Below, piece by piece: positions 1 to 7,688 of a stretch of 43,913 bases of DNA. Under the pieces are notes generated by a model that was not told where the DNA came from, did no database searches, and saw nothing but the letters and a program-made list of their open reading frames with translations. The DNA is taken from assembly GCA_016186985.1 (NCBI GenBank), contig JACPKO010000038.1:1-43913 (forward strand), in the 5' to 3' direction. Within the stretch, counting starts at the first letter, position 1. Each line of letters opens with the position of its first letter. Source of the stretch: Candidatus Daviesbacteria bacterium (GTDB taxonomy: Bacteria > Patescibacteriota > Microgenomatia > Daviesbacterales > UBA10151). A program made the translations under genes and the position numbers.

Positions 1-1
1 A

Positions 2-313
2 TTGTTTTCCTATGGTTTTAACAAGCAAAGCTTTTCTGCGAATAAAAACCTTCAGCAAATTTTAATCAAAATTTCGGATATTGACGCATGGATTGAAAAA
101 TCGGCCCCAAAATGGACTGTTGAAAAAATCAATCACTTAGACCTTGCGATTTTAAGGCTTGCGGTTTTTGAATTAATGATAGAGCAAAAGAACCCGCCAA
201 AGGTCATTGTTGATGAGTCAGTTGAACTTGCCAAAGAGTACGGTTCCGAAGCCAGCCCTGGTTTTATCAACGGGGCTCTTGGAAAACTTATTACTGATCA
301 AAAACTCCTCTAA
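2..313 (+). CDS. nusB: Transcription antitermination factor NusB, C-terminal part (5' end outside window)
   Basis: The ORF is open to the window edge. LAILRLAVFEL and SPGFINGALGKL resemble conserved NusB helices. The position upstream of housekeeping genes fits. Confidence 0.8.
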   Translation: MFSYGFNKQSFSANKNLQQILIKISDIDAWIEKSAPKWTVEKINHLDLAILRLAVFELMIEQKNPPKVIVDESVELAKEYGSEASPGFINGALGKLITDQKLL

Positions 314-331
314 CGTCTTTAAAAGAGTGTA

Positions 332-360
332 TTGACATTCTCAGTAGATTTACTTAACTT
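332..360 (+). promoter_or_regulatory. Putative sigma70-type promoter for ACP-like/rnc (TTGACA-17 nt-TAACTT)
   Basis: TTGACA at 332-337, a 17-nt spacer, TAACTT at 355-360. AAGGA at 371-375 lies 9 nt before the ATG at 385. Confidence 0.35.
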
Positions 361-384
361 AAAATTACACAAGGATAAAAATGT

Positions 385-633
385 ATGGATGAAAAAAACA
401 ATGTGCAAATTGAAGTGATTGCAGAAATCGCCAAACATCTGGGGGTAACGCCTCAAGATATAGATATCAGTGCCGGGCTTTCGGACGACTTGGGGTTGGG
501 GCCTGTTGAACTGGCAGATTTGATATCGGCAATTTCGCAAAAGTTTGATGTGGCTTTTGACAATTCCGATCTTCAAAACATCAAAACAGTCAGTGACTTG
601 GTCGTAGCAGTTGAGGACTTAAGTTTGGAGTAG
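385..633 (+). CDS. Acyl carrier protein-like protein lacking the conserved DSL serine
   Basis: 82 aa and acidic. It aligns without gaps to ACP helix II (DLGLGPVELADLISAISQKF versus E. coli [20 protein letters not shown]). It sits directly upstream of rnc, as acpA does in Bacillus. Confidence 0.75.
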   Translation: MDEKNNVQIEVIAEIAKHLGVTPQDIDISAGLSDDLGLGPVELADLISAISQKFDVAFDNSDLQNIKTVSDLVVAVEDLSLE

Positions 634-636
634 CGA

Positions 637-1329
637 GTGGTTATGGAATTTGATGCCAGTTGGCTAGAGCAGCAGTTAAACTTAAATAAAAATTTTAAAA
701 AGGCTTTTATCCACCGCTCATTTTTAAACGAGGCCGGTTCAGACATGGAGTCAAATGAAAGGTTGGAATTTTTAGGGGACTCAATACTCTCTTTTATTAT
801 CTCCTCTTACTTATTTAAAGAGAGGACTTCTGATGCCGAAGGCGATTTAACTAATTTAAGGTCATTCATAGTAAAAACCAAATCATTGGCAGGTGCTGCC
901 GCAGCTTTAAATTTGGGTTCTTATCTTAAACTTTCAAAAGGTGAGGAGCTTTCAGGGGGAAGAGATAACCCTCAAATTCTTGCAAACACTTTTGAGGCAC
1001 TGCTAGGGGCGATTTTTTTGGAACATGGCCTTGAGGCTGCTACAAGGTTTATCCAGCAGAGTTTGCTGCCACTTTTTGGACGCGAAATCAAAAGCGGTCC
1101 GCCTAAGGACGCCAAATCATACCTGCAGGAAATTGCCCAAACCAGGACCAAGCAATCTCCGAAATACAAAATACTGGAAACTTCAGGGCCCGATCATGCT
1201 AAACAATTTAGCGTAGGGGTGTTTCTAGAGGGCCGGATGATCGGGGAGGGAAAAGGGCCGAGTAAACAAATTGCTGAAGAGCAGGCCGCCAACCAGGCTT
1301 TAAACCAGCTTCAAAAGACACTTAGATAA
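637..1329 (+). CDS. rnc: Ribonuclease III
   Basis: Carries the ERLEFLGDSIL signature and a C-terminal dsRBD (KSYLQE...AEEQAANQAL). The GTG at 637 or the ATG at 643 could be the start. Confidence 0.93.
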   Translation: MVMEFDASWLEQQLNLNKNFKKAFIHRSFLNEAGSDMESNERLEFLGDSILSFIISSYLFKERTSDAEGDLTNLRSFIVKTKSLAGAAAALNLGSYLKLSKGEELSGGRDNPQILANTFEALLGAIFLEHGLEAATRFIQQSLLPLFGREIKSGPPKDAKSYLQEIAQTRTKQSPKYKILETSGPDHAKQFSVGVFLEGRMIGEGKGPSKQIAEEQAANQALNQLQKTLR

Positions 1330-1343
1330 TTTTAACACGTCTG

Positions 1344-1372
1344 TTGAATCACAGCTTCAATTAGATTATACT
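1344..1372 (+). promoter_or_regulatory. Putative promoter of rpsP operon (TTGAAT-17-TATACT)
   Basis: TTGAAT at 1344-1349, a 17-nt spacer, TATACT at 1367-1372. Only 12 nt separate it from the ATG at 1385, and there is no SD. Confidence 0.4.
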
Positions 1373-1384
1373 TACAAAAATAAA

Positions 1385-1888
1385 ATGGCAGTTAAAATCA
1401 GATTGATGCGGATAGGTACAAACAGACAACCTTTTTACAGGGTTGTTGCCGTTGACGGGCGGAAGAAAAGAACCGGAGGCTATCTGGAATTGTTAGGAAC
1501 CTACAATCCCTTAACCGAACCGAAAGAAATTAATCTTGACCAGGGAAAAATTGATGCATGGATTAAAAAAGGCGCGGTACCTTCTTACGGATTTTTAAGA
1601 ATAATTGGTAAGGCTCCGCAAAGAGCTCCGAGAAAAGCAAAAAAAGAAAAGAAAGAGTCGTCAGCTATCAGCACTAAGCAGAGCTTGCCAGTAGGTCAGC
1701 CGTCAGCCTCTGAAACACACAAGCAAGATGCGGGAGAGACTCAGGCAGCTGAAGCGGCTCCAGAAACGAGCGAGGAACCCGTCACAGAAATCAAACCGGA
1801 AACAGTCCAAGAAACTGCCTCGACTGAAAATCCAGAACCAACCGAAGAAGCCGCAGCAGAAAAAGAAACAGAAATAGCTGATAGCTGA
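1385..1888 (+). CDS. rpsP: 30S ribosomal protein S16 with about 80 aa acidic low-complexity C-terminal extension
   Basis: MAVKIRLMRIGTNRQPFYRVVAVD...LGTYNPL is canonical S16. The tail is rich in E, T, A and P. Confidence 0.9.
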   Translation: MAVKIRLMRIGTNRQPFYRVVAVDGRKKRTGGYLELLGTYNPLTEPKEINLDQGKIDAWIKKGAVPSYGFLRIIGKAPQRAPRKAKKEKKESSAISTKQSLPVGQPSASETHKQDAGETQAAEAAPETSEEPVTEIKPETVQETASTENPEPTEEAAAEKETEIADS

Positions 1889-1927
1889 TCCGCTTCGCCC
1901 GCGAAGCGAGGCGAGTAGCTGATAGCT
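1874..1927. repeat. GC-rich hairpin (CGCTTCGC/GCGAAGCG) flanked by 12-nt direct repeat TAGCTGATAGCT
   Basis: Direct repeats lie at 1875-1886 and 1916-1927. The 27-nt core at 1890-1916 shares both ends (CCGCTTCGCC ... AGCGAGGCGAGT) with the copy at 38892-38933. Confidence 0.55.
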
Positions 1928-1933
1928 TTAATT

Positions 1934-2191
1934 ATGAAAGACATTGTCGAATACATCGTTAAACAATTCGTAACAAATCCCGATGCTGTTGAAGTTAGTG
2001 AAGAAACCCAGGACGGAATGATCAGATTAATGTTAAAAGTTGATCCTTCCGATATGGGTCTTACTATAGGGAAAAGCGGACAAACTATTAAGGCAATCCG
2101 CAGGCTTCTCACTGTAAAAGCAATAAGCGACAATGTCAGGGTCAGTCTTGAATTAATAGATACAAATCCGCTACCTCAAGAGCCAGCTTAA
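1934..2191 (+). CDS. KH-domain RNA-binding protein (YlqC/UPF0109-like)
   Basis: 85 aa with the GxxG motif IGKSGQTIKAIR. It occupies the conserved position between rpsP and trmD. Confidence 0.8.
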   Translation: MKDIVEYIVKQFVTNPDAVEVSEETQDGMIRLMLKVDPSDMGLTIGKSGQTIKAIRRLLTVKAISDNVRVSLELIDTNPLPQEPA

Positions 2192-2898
2192 TGAAGATTA
2201 TTTTTCTAACTCTTTTTCCGGAAATTTTTCCTGCATTTTTAAACTTTTCAATTTTAAAAAGGGCCCAGGAAAAGGGCTTAATTGAATTTGAAGTTGTTAA
2301 CCTTAGGGATTTTGGTCTTGGTGTCCATAAAAACGTCGATGACAGACCTTACGGCGGAGGAGCGGGGATGGTTTTGAAAGCGGATGTTTTATCTTCTGCA
2401 GTATCAAAGATTAAAACAAGGAATACAAGAATAGTTTTAACTTCAGCTTCGGGAACTCCGTATATACAAAAAACTGCAAGAATTTTATCAGGGGATAAAG
2501 ATTTAATAATTATTTGCGGACATTACGAAGGAATAGATGAACGTTTCATTGAAAAATATGTGGATATGGAAATAAGCATTGGCGACTATGTATTAACCGG
2601 AGGAGAGCTACCAGCTTTGGTAATTGCAGACTCTATCACAAGACTTCTGCCTGGAGTTCTTAAAAAACCTGAAGCAAGCGAAAATGAATCCTTCTCCGAT
2701 CCCTCACTCCTCACTCCTCACTCCTCACTCCTTCTTGAATATCCCCATTATACACGTCCGGAAGAATTCGAGGGAATTAATGTCCCTGAAGTTTTACTTT
2801 CAGGAAATCATAAAGAAATTGAATTGTGGAGAAAGCAAAAATCCCTCGAGAAAACAAAAAAAATACGGCCTGATCTCTTAGGGCTTAAAAGGGTTTAA
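2191..2898 (+). CDS. trmD: tRNA (guanine37-N1)-methyltransferase TrmD with repeat-encoded insertion
   Basis: Shows YGGGAGMV, GHYEGIDER, YVLTGGELPA, PHYTRP and LLSGNH motifs. The ATGA start overlaps the upstream stop codon. Confidence 0.93.
   Translation: MKIIFLTLFPEIFPAFLNFSILKRAQEKGLIEFEVVNLRDFGLGVHKNVDDRPYGGGAGMVLKADVLSSAVSKIKTRNTRIVLTSASGTPYIQKTARILSGDKDLIIICGHYEGIDERFIEKYVDMEISIGDYVLTGGELPALVIADSITRLLPGVLKKPEASENESFSDPSLLTPHSSLLLEYPHYTRPEEFEGINVPEVLLSGNHKEIELWRKQKSLEKTKKIRPDLLGLKRV
2703..2732. repeat. Perfect tandem heptamer (CTCACTC)x4 plus partial copy, inside trmD
   Basis: Copies lie at 2703, 2710, 2717 and 2724. They encode PSLLTPHSSL, which is absent from E. coli and B. subtilis TrmD between SF(S/A)xG and LLExPHYTRP. 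Confidence 0.9.
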
Positions 2899-3615
2899 CT
2901 TTCCTGTGGTTGTTTGTGATGTTTCTGCAGTTGCTTTTGGAAATTGCGTTTGTTTAGCCTCAATGTCTGCGAGGATTTGCGTATCTTCCTGATTAATTTT
3001 TGGCACAAGGTCATCTATCTTTCCAATATTACTTGGTAAAGTCTGGTAGAAAGCAACGAATGCAATGGACGCATTTAATTTATTATTTGTCCCGTTGTTT
3101 ACTTGAATTTTAGTCAGCTTAATCAACCGTGGTGCCAGAGTTACCCGCTCCAGGAAATTACGCAGGCTCGTTTCCGTGCCGGATGCTTCAATAGTTATTG
3201 TATATTCCTCAACTTTTTCAGATTCTGCGGGGGAAGTGGAGAAAGTTATACTACTTAAGGCCATTCCGCTTCCGCCGAGGGAAAACAGAATTTCGCCCAT
3301 TACTCCGGGAATATCTTTTTCAACAGGCAAAGCCACGAGCGCCGTATTCAAATCATTCCGGTAATTCTGGATTTTTATGCTTTGAAGCTCAGAGGCTTTC
3401 TTTTGATAAAAAAGCTTCTTTTGCTCTAGCTCTTTAATGGTATTGTTTGTACTTATAAGCTTGTATATTTGGGGAACAGTTATCAAAACCATAACTAAAA
3501 TTGCCGTAACCAAAACAACAAACGGCACAAGCAACAGCCGGTATTTTTCATATTTTACATCTTCAAAAAAGGGGAGCGCTTTTAACTGTTTTTTAACTGA
3601 CTCCAAGAGTTTCAT
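2878..3615 (-). CDS. PilO-like type IV pilus assembly protein (bitopic, coiled coil)
   Basis: It has an N-terminal TM helix followed by a coiled coil. It lies immediately downstream of pilM and pilN, with its start overlapping the pilN stop. The assignment rests on position and topology. Confidence 0.55.
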   Translation of the reverse strand: MKLLESVKKQLKALPFFEDVKYEKYRLLLVPFVVLVTAILVMVLITVPQIYKLISTNNTIKELEQKKLFYQKKASELQSIKIQNYRNDLNTALVALPVEKDIPGVMGEILFSLGGSGMALSSITFSTSPAESEKVEEYTITIEASGTETSLRNFLERVTLAPRLIKLTKIQVNNGTNNKLNASIAFVAFYQTLPSNIGKIDDLVPKINQEDTQILADIEAKQTQFPKATAETSQTTTGKLNPFKP

Positions 3616-4172
3616 CAGAGGACACCCTCCGCAAGGTGAATATTAAGCTCAAAATTAATCTTACCTTGCTGGCTTCTGTTTAAGTTATTCACAGTAACTG
3701 CGGAAATTTTTCCTTCGTTGATTTTTGGATCAACCAGGTTGTCAAATAAAATTTTTAGGGAGGAGGTTCCATTGGTCTGGCCGGAAACAATTACCTTTGT
3801 GGTTTTATCTATCTGAAGTGATTCTAAAAATACCCCTTTTGGAAAAAGGCTTGAGAGTAAATCGAAAACATCCCGTTGTTTGTATCGTTTGTTTGAAAAT
3901 TGGTTTATGGTTTCAACCCGGTTTTTTAAAAGGTTAACAACTGCTTCTACATCTTTGAATCTTGAGACTTCAAATTTTTCTTTCTCTATCTGCTCATTCA
4001 AAGAATTAAGAGTTGTTCCCTGGGAAATTACTATAGCTAAAATACCACTGGTAGTAATTATCAATAACCCTAAAAGAGCTATGCTGATTTTGTTTACTAA
4101 TACCTGCTTAGCTTCTTTTTTTGCCTTAGCCTTAATCTCCTCTGGTATCAGGTTAATCTTAATCTTATCCAT
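3615..4172 (-). CDS. pilN: PilN-like type IV pilus assembly protein
   Basis: The N-terminus KINLIPEE is followed by a TM helix and a coiled coil, typical of PilN. It follows pilM. Confidence 0.75.
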   Translation of the reverse strand: MDKIKINLIPEEIKAKAKKEAKQVLVNKISIALLGLLIITTSGILAIVISQGTTLNSLNEQIEKEKFEVSRFKDVEAVVNLLKNRVETINQFSNKRYKQRDVFDLLSSLFPKGVFLESLQIDKTTKVIVSGQTNGTSSLKILFDNLVDPKINEGKISAVTVNNLNRSQQGKINFELNIHLAEGVL

Positions 4173-4176
4173 ACAG

Positions 4177-5217
4177 TTAGTCCTGCTTCAGTGCTAAACC
4201 CACTGCAATTGAATAGAAAGCTGCCTCGCTGGAAAGCTTAGTCTTCATCCCGGGATCCATATTTATAGAAGCCCAGGGGTCGGCTTCCTGAACCTCAAGT
4301 CCCAGAAAATTGGTGAAAAAACTTACCAGGCCCGGTAAATGGGCACCTCCGCCAGTTAAAACCGTCCGTTTAACCGGACGCTGCCGGTTTTGGGTCTCAT
4401 GAGCCAGGATTACCCTTTTTGCCTCATTAGCCATAACCTCAATAACCGGTTTTAAGGTTTTAAATAATTTGCCCTCGAGTTGGTCTTCCAGTAAGCCATA
4501 AACCTTCTTATACTCTTCTGCCTGAACCATTTCAAAGTTGAAGCTTTGGGCAATCGCACGGGTAAGGGCTGCACCTCCTGTAGCAATCGACCGTGTTAGA
4601 AGTATCAAACCATCGGAGACAATCGCGAAATCTGTGTTTGTTGCTCCCATTTGGATTAGCAAAGTCGTAGGAGAATAAGAATTATAACTGACAAGAGAGC
4701 GCGCTGCTGCGATCATTTCAGTTTCAATTGCTACAACTTTCAAGTTTGCCCACTGCACAATTTTTAAGTACTTATCGATAAGCGCCTTAGGCGCTGCAAT
4801 AACGAATACCACCGTTCTGCTATTTATATCTTTTTTAGGGGAGCGAAAAATGACCTGATAATACAAGTTTACCTCAGTAATCGGCATTGGGACGAATTCC
4901 TCAGCCGCGTATCTGATAGCTTGTGACAATTCGTCATCGGTTAAAAACGGCAAATCATACACCACCCTGGTGAAAATTTTTTGTTCCGGCAAGGCTATTA
5001 CTACATCTTTTGTAGGCGGGTTTATTTCTCTCATCAAGTCTTTTACTGCAGCAGCAACTGCCTGTAAATCCAGTTCCGACTCCGACATCATCCCCGGTAA
5101 GGGAGAGGCGATATGGCCCAGGGAAATTAACCTTGGCGGGGTTTCGCTTTGGGACAAAACAACTGCTTTAGTTGTGGAATATCCTATATCAAGTCCAATT
5201 CTATCCTGGGCAGCCAT
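4177..5217 (-). CDS. pilM: Type IV pilus assembly ATPase-fold protein PilM
   Basis: Actin-like fold motifs are present: GLDIGYSTTK, GATNTDF and LTGGGAHLPGL. Confidence 0.88.
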   Translation of the reverse strand: MAAQDRIGLDIGYSTTKAVVLSQSETPPRLISLGHIASPLPGMMSESELDLQAVAAAVKDLMREINPPTKDVVIALPEQKIFTRVVYDLPFLTDDELSQAIRYAAEEFVPMPITEVNLYYQVIFRSPKKDINSRTVVFVIAAPKALIDKYLKIVQWANLKVVAIETEMIAAARSLVSYNSYSPTTLLIQMGATNTDFAIVSDGLILLTRSIATGGAALTRAIAQSFNFEMVQAEEYKKVYGLLEDQLEGKLFKTLKPVIEVMANEAKRVILAHETQNRQRPVKRTVLTGGGAHLPGLVSFFTNFLGLEVQEADPWASINMDPGMKTKLSSEAAFYSIAVGLALKQD

Positions 5218-5220
5218 AGA

Positions 5221-5304
5221 TTAGGGTATAGTGTTTAGCGTACAGGGCCTAGTTATACCTAATATAAACGATAGCAAAATTTTAAACTATACGCTATACC
5301 CTAA
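5221..5304. repeat. Long-range inverted repeat in the intergenic region just upstream of pilM
   Basis: TTAGGGTATAG (5221-5231) pairs with CTATACCCTAA (5294-5304), and the stem extends through TACG/CGTA. A third, degenerate copy (TTAGGTATAA on the - strand) lies inside the loop. Confidence 0.6.
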
Positions 5305-5310
5305 TGCTAT

Positions 5311-7110
5311 TTACTTAAGTTGGTATGATCCTTTGACAACGCTAAACGACCCAGTAGGTCCTGCAGAGAAAAAAGTTTCGGACAGCCCCTGCTCATAAGA
5401 TAAAATAGCCCCATTTCCTGTGATTATTTTCCAGGCTGAAATTTCCTTAAAGGAAGCACTATTGCCCAGGGATACAGATCCCTTTGGGGCATAAAATATA
5501 CCACTGAAAGAGGAGTTGCCGGCAGTGATGGCAGGCGTACCGGTTACAGTCGTATCGTAAGTAGAAAGAAGCATCAAATAGCTTCCATCACTGCCCGAGC
5601 CTTTAAATCCGCATTCAAAATTCTCGCAGCCATTTCCAACTACTGTGGTCCCGTCAACCAGGACAACACCGGAACTCAGTCCCGCAGAAGAGGGGAGTTT
5701 CACGGTTAAAGAATTGCCTGCCGTAATATTCCCTGTAATCCATAGAGGAGAGGTGACCGTGACAGAACAGGAATTTCCAAGAGTCAAATCCCCATCAATT
5801 TTTCCCGGCCCTAAATTAACGTTGCATGAGTTTCCGTATGTTAAGCTTCCGTAATCAAGACCGTCTTCTGCCTCCAGTTTCCAGGCATCAATATTTGACT
5901 GTGAGACCGGAAAAGTCTCAGGAGCTGGATCAGGGGAACCCGGGTTAGATGTCCCGTTAACTGTTGATCCGGAGATAGACTGGTAATATGCGCTACCATT
6001 AATCGTTACATTCTGGATTGTATTGGCATGCAAATCGCCGTTAACGACTGCAGAGTTACCTCCTGTGAATTTGGTCGCCACCCCGCCGATATAGACTTTA
6101 AATCCGAAGTCGCCGGTAATTGCCGTCCAAACAGGAGATGATGCCTGCCAGTTAGACGACCACTTAGGGGAACCGTTCCCGTAGCCTTGCAATGAATCCA
6201 GGTCAAAAGACCAGTAATTATTTGCGTCATTGGATGTATCAAGAACAATCCAATACCTTGTGTTTTCGGACAGATTTGGACTCGATGAAAATGTAACATC
6301 TACAAAACCATAACTGCCTGTTACCAAATTAGCACTTAAGGTTCCGGAAGCCTTAACATTATTTTTATCGGGCTTATCATTGTTGTCGCAAAGTATGCGG
6401 ACAGTTATGTTTGGGGGTGACCCGAATTTTTTAAGTTTTAGCGAGACTTTATTGATTACCGCTCCCTGGCTTAACTGGAAACTTTGAGCAACATCTAACC
6501 TGTTTTCTCCCGTAACTGATTTACCAAATATATAATCCTGGCAAACCTGGGTACACTCCCACTGCTGGTTAGCAGTTGGCTGGGTTCCTCCTGCAACCCA
6601 AACATCGCCGGTAAATGCCGAAGAATTTCCCACACTAATATCTCCGTTTGAATAAACAGATCCATTAAGTGTTGATGAATTGCCCATCTGAAGGCCCCCT
6701 TCTCCCACTTGCAACCCGTAAGGAAACGATATACCTTCGCCTTTTGATATTTGAATTTTTATCGCCTGTTTAATTTTTGGATTTGTTTTATCCGGAATAT
6801 AACCGCCAGCTTCAACAACTTTATTATTGGAATCAATAGAGGTAACCGAAACGGAATAAGACCCTTGTCCTAATACAGTTTCACTCTCGCCATTATACGA
6901 AGGGTTCACATTTAATGAGGCTATTGCCTTTTCAATTCCTGCTTCGGCAAGGGTTACAGCCTCAAGTTTGTCTAAAGAATATTTGGAGCTTTCTTTTAGA
7001 ATGAAGGAATTGGATATAAGCACCACAGTTATCACAAGTATTGAGGTCAGGGCAATCATAGTAATAGGGAAGATTGACCCCAGCTGGTTTAAATTCAATA
7101 TAGATTTCAT
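5311..7110 (-). CDS. Large PilX_N-like pilus-associated protein with repetitive GNS-rich (beta-helix-like) regions
   Basis: An N-terminal TM helix is followed by LAEAGIEKAIASLN (PilX N-terminal-like). Many (V/L)GNSS/GNSC repeats follow. It sits among the minor pilin genes. Confidence 0.55.
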   Translation of the reverse strand: MKSILNLNQLGSIFPITMIALTSILVITVVLISNSFILKESSKYSLDKLEAVTLAEAGIEKAIASLNVNPSYNGESETVLGQGSYSVSVTSIDSNNKVVEAGGYIPDKTNPKIKQAIKIQISKGEGISFPYGLQVGEGGLQMGNSSTLNGSVYSNGDISVGNSSAFTGDVWVAGGTQPTANQQWECTQVCQDYIFGKSVTGENRLDVAQSFQLSQGAVINKVSLKLKKFGSPPNITVRILCDNNDKPDKNNVKASGTLSANLVTGSYGFVDVTFSSSPNLSENTRYWIVLDTSNDANNYWSFDLDSLQGYGNGSPKWSSNWQASSPVWTAITGDFGFKVYIGGVATKFTGGNSAVVNGDLHANTIQNVTINGSAYYQSISGSTVNGTSNPGSPDPAPETFPVSQSNIDAWKLEAEDGLDYGSLTYGNSCNVNLGPGKIDGDLTLGNSCSVTVTSPLWITGNITAGNSLTVKLPSSAGLSSGVVLVDGTTVVGNGCENFECGFKGSGSDGSYLMLLSTYDTTVTGTPAITAGNSSFSGIFYAPKGSVSLGNSASFKEISAWKIITGNGAILSYEQGLSETFFSAGPTGSFSVVKGSYQLK

Positions 7111-7688
7111 ATATTTTTAAGATTAACAGTTCCGCTTCCAGAGCTTTCTTTTTCCGAAAAACCGGATTTGGTTGACAAATTTATTACAAAACTAACCCGC
7201 AGTGCCTGGTCGGGTGTAACTGCATTATTATTAATATCCAAATAGCTAAAGGATAGACTTTTTAAATTGACCGATAAAACTTTATTTTCCGTTTTCCGGA
7301 AACTTTGGCTATCTTTGAAAATTTGCTTTCTTAAAATTGCGGGTTTTTCAAAGTCCGCCTCAATAACAGCGTAATCAAAAAAAATATCTGTTACATCTCC
7401 GCTTGAGGTTATTCCGGGAAGTTTAACAACCAGAGTGTTTTGATCCGTTATATATTGAGGTGTACCCTGCGTAGGGTATTGACTGACAATTCCGGAGGAG
7501 GATTTAATCAATTCGGTTAATTCGAGCTGAGTCTGATTTAACGACAATCCCTGGCTAATTTGGGCGCTTTGATCTACAAAAAGCTTCCCTGAAGAAACCA
7601 GTAAGTTAATAATAAGTCCGCCCGCAACAGCAGCTACAGTCACTGCAATTAATACTTCCAATAAACTCCAACCTCTAGAATTACTCAC
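7107..7688 (-). CDS. Prepilin-type N-terminal cleavage/methylation domain protein (minor pilin)
   Basis: Class III signal: SRG/WSLLEVLIAVTVAAV. Confidence 0.7.
   Translation of the reverse strand: MSNSRGWSLLEVLIAVTVAAVAGGLIINLLVSSGKLFVDQSAQISQGLSLNQTQLELTELIKSSSGIVSQYPTQGTPQYITDQNTLVVKLPGITSSGDVTDIFFDYAVIEADFEKPAILRKQIFKDSQSFRKTENKVLSVNLKSLSFSYLDINNNAVTPDQALRVSFVINLSTKSGFSEKESSGSGTVNLKNI

Noticed and set aside
319-576. Antisense or alternative-frame ORFs from the six-frame track. Examples: 319..576, 972..1169, 1025..1216, 1741..2133, 3176..3646, 3725..4197, 4970..5224, 5645..6299, 7755..8147, 11182..11415, 12237..12485, 13263..13799, 15619..17061, 19200..19635, 20374..22099 internal ORFs, 22287..23000, 23713..24787, 25160..26071, 27105..28054, 30099..31926, 32510..32845, 33689..34036, 35545..37200, 37865..39260, 40201..40875, 41112..41333, 42049..42537 and 43125..43728.
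   Set aside because: Each lies inside, or opposite, a gene with strong family motifs. Their translations are low-complexity with no recognisable domains. They are the shadow ORFs expected in AT-rich DNA.
1886-1888. Alternative genetic code, with UGA recoded as in Gracilibacteria/SR1.
   Set aside because: TGA terminates rpsP, gyrA, pilN and other conserved genes at the expected lengths. No conserved protein is interrupted by an in-frame TGA.
1890-1916. The GC hairpin after rpsP read as a rho-independent terminator.
   Set aside because: No T-run follows it, and the next gene of the conserved operon starts 18 nt later. Its shared ends with the intragenic copy at 38892-38933 fit a repeat element better.
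2624-2881. An 85-aa alternative-frame ORF spanning the trmD heptamer repeat. It could have been the product of a repeat-length frameshift.
   Set aside because: Its translation has no TrmD-like or other recognisable motifs, whereas the annotated frame keeps PHYTRP/LLSGNH. It is most likely a chance open frame.
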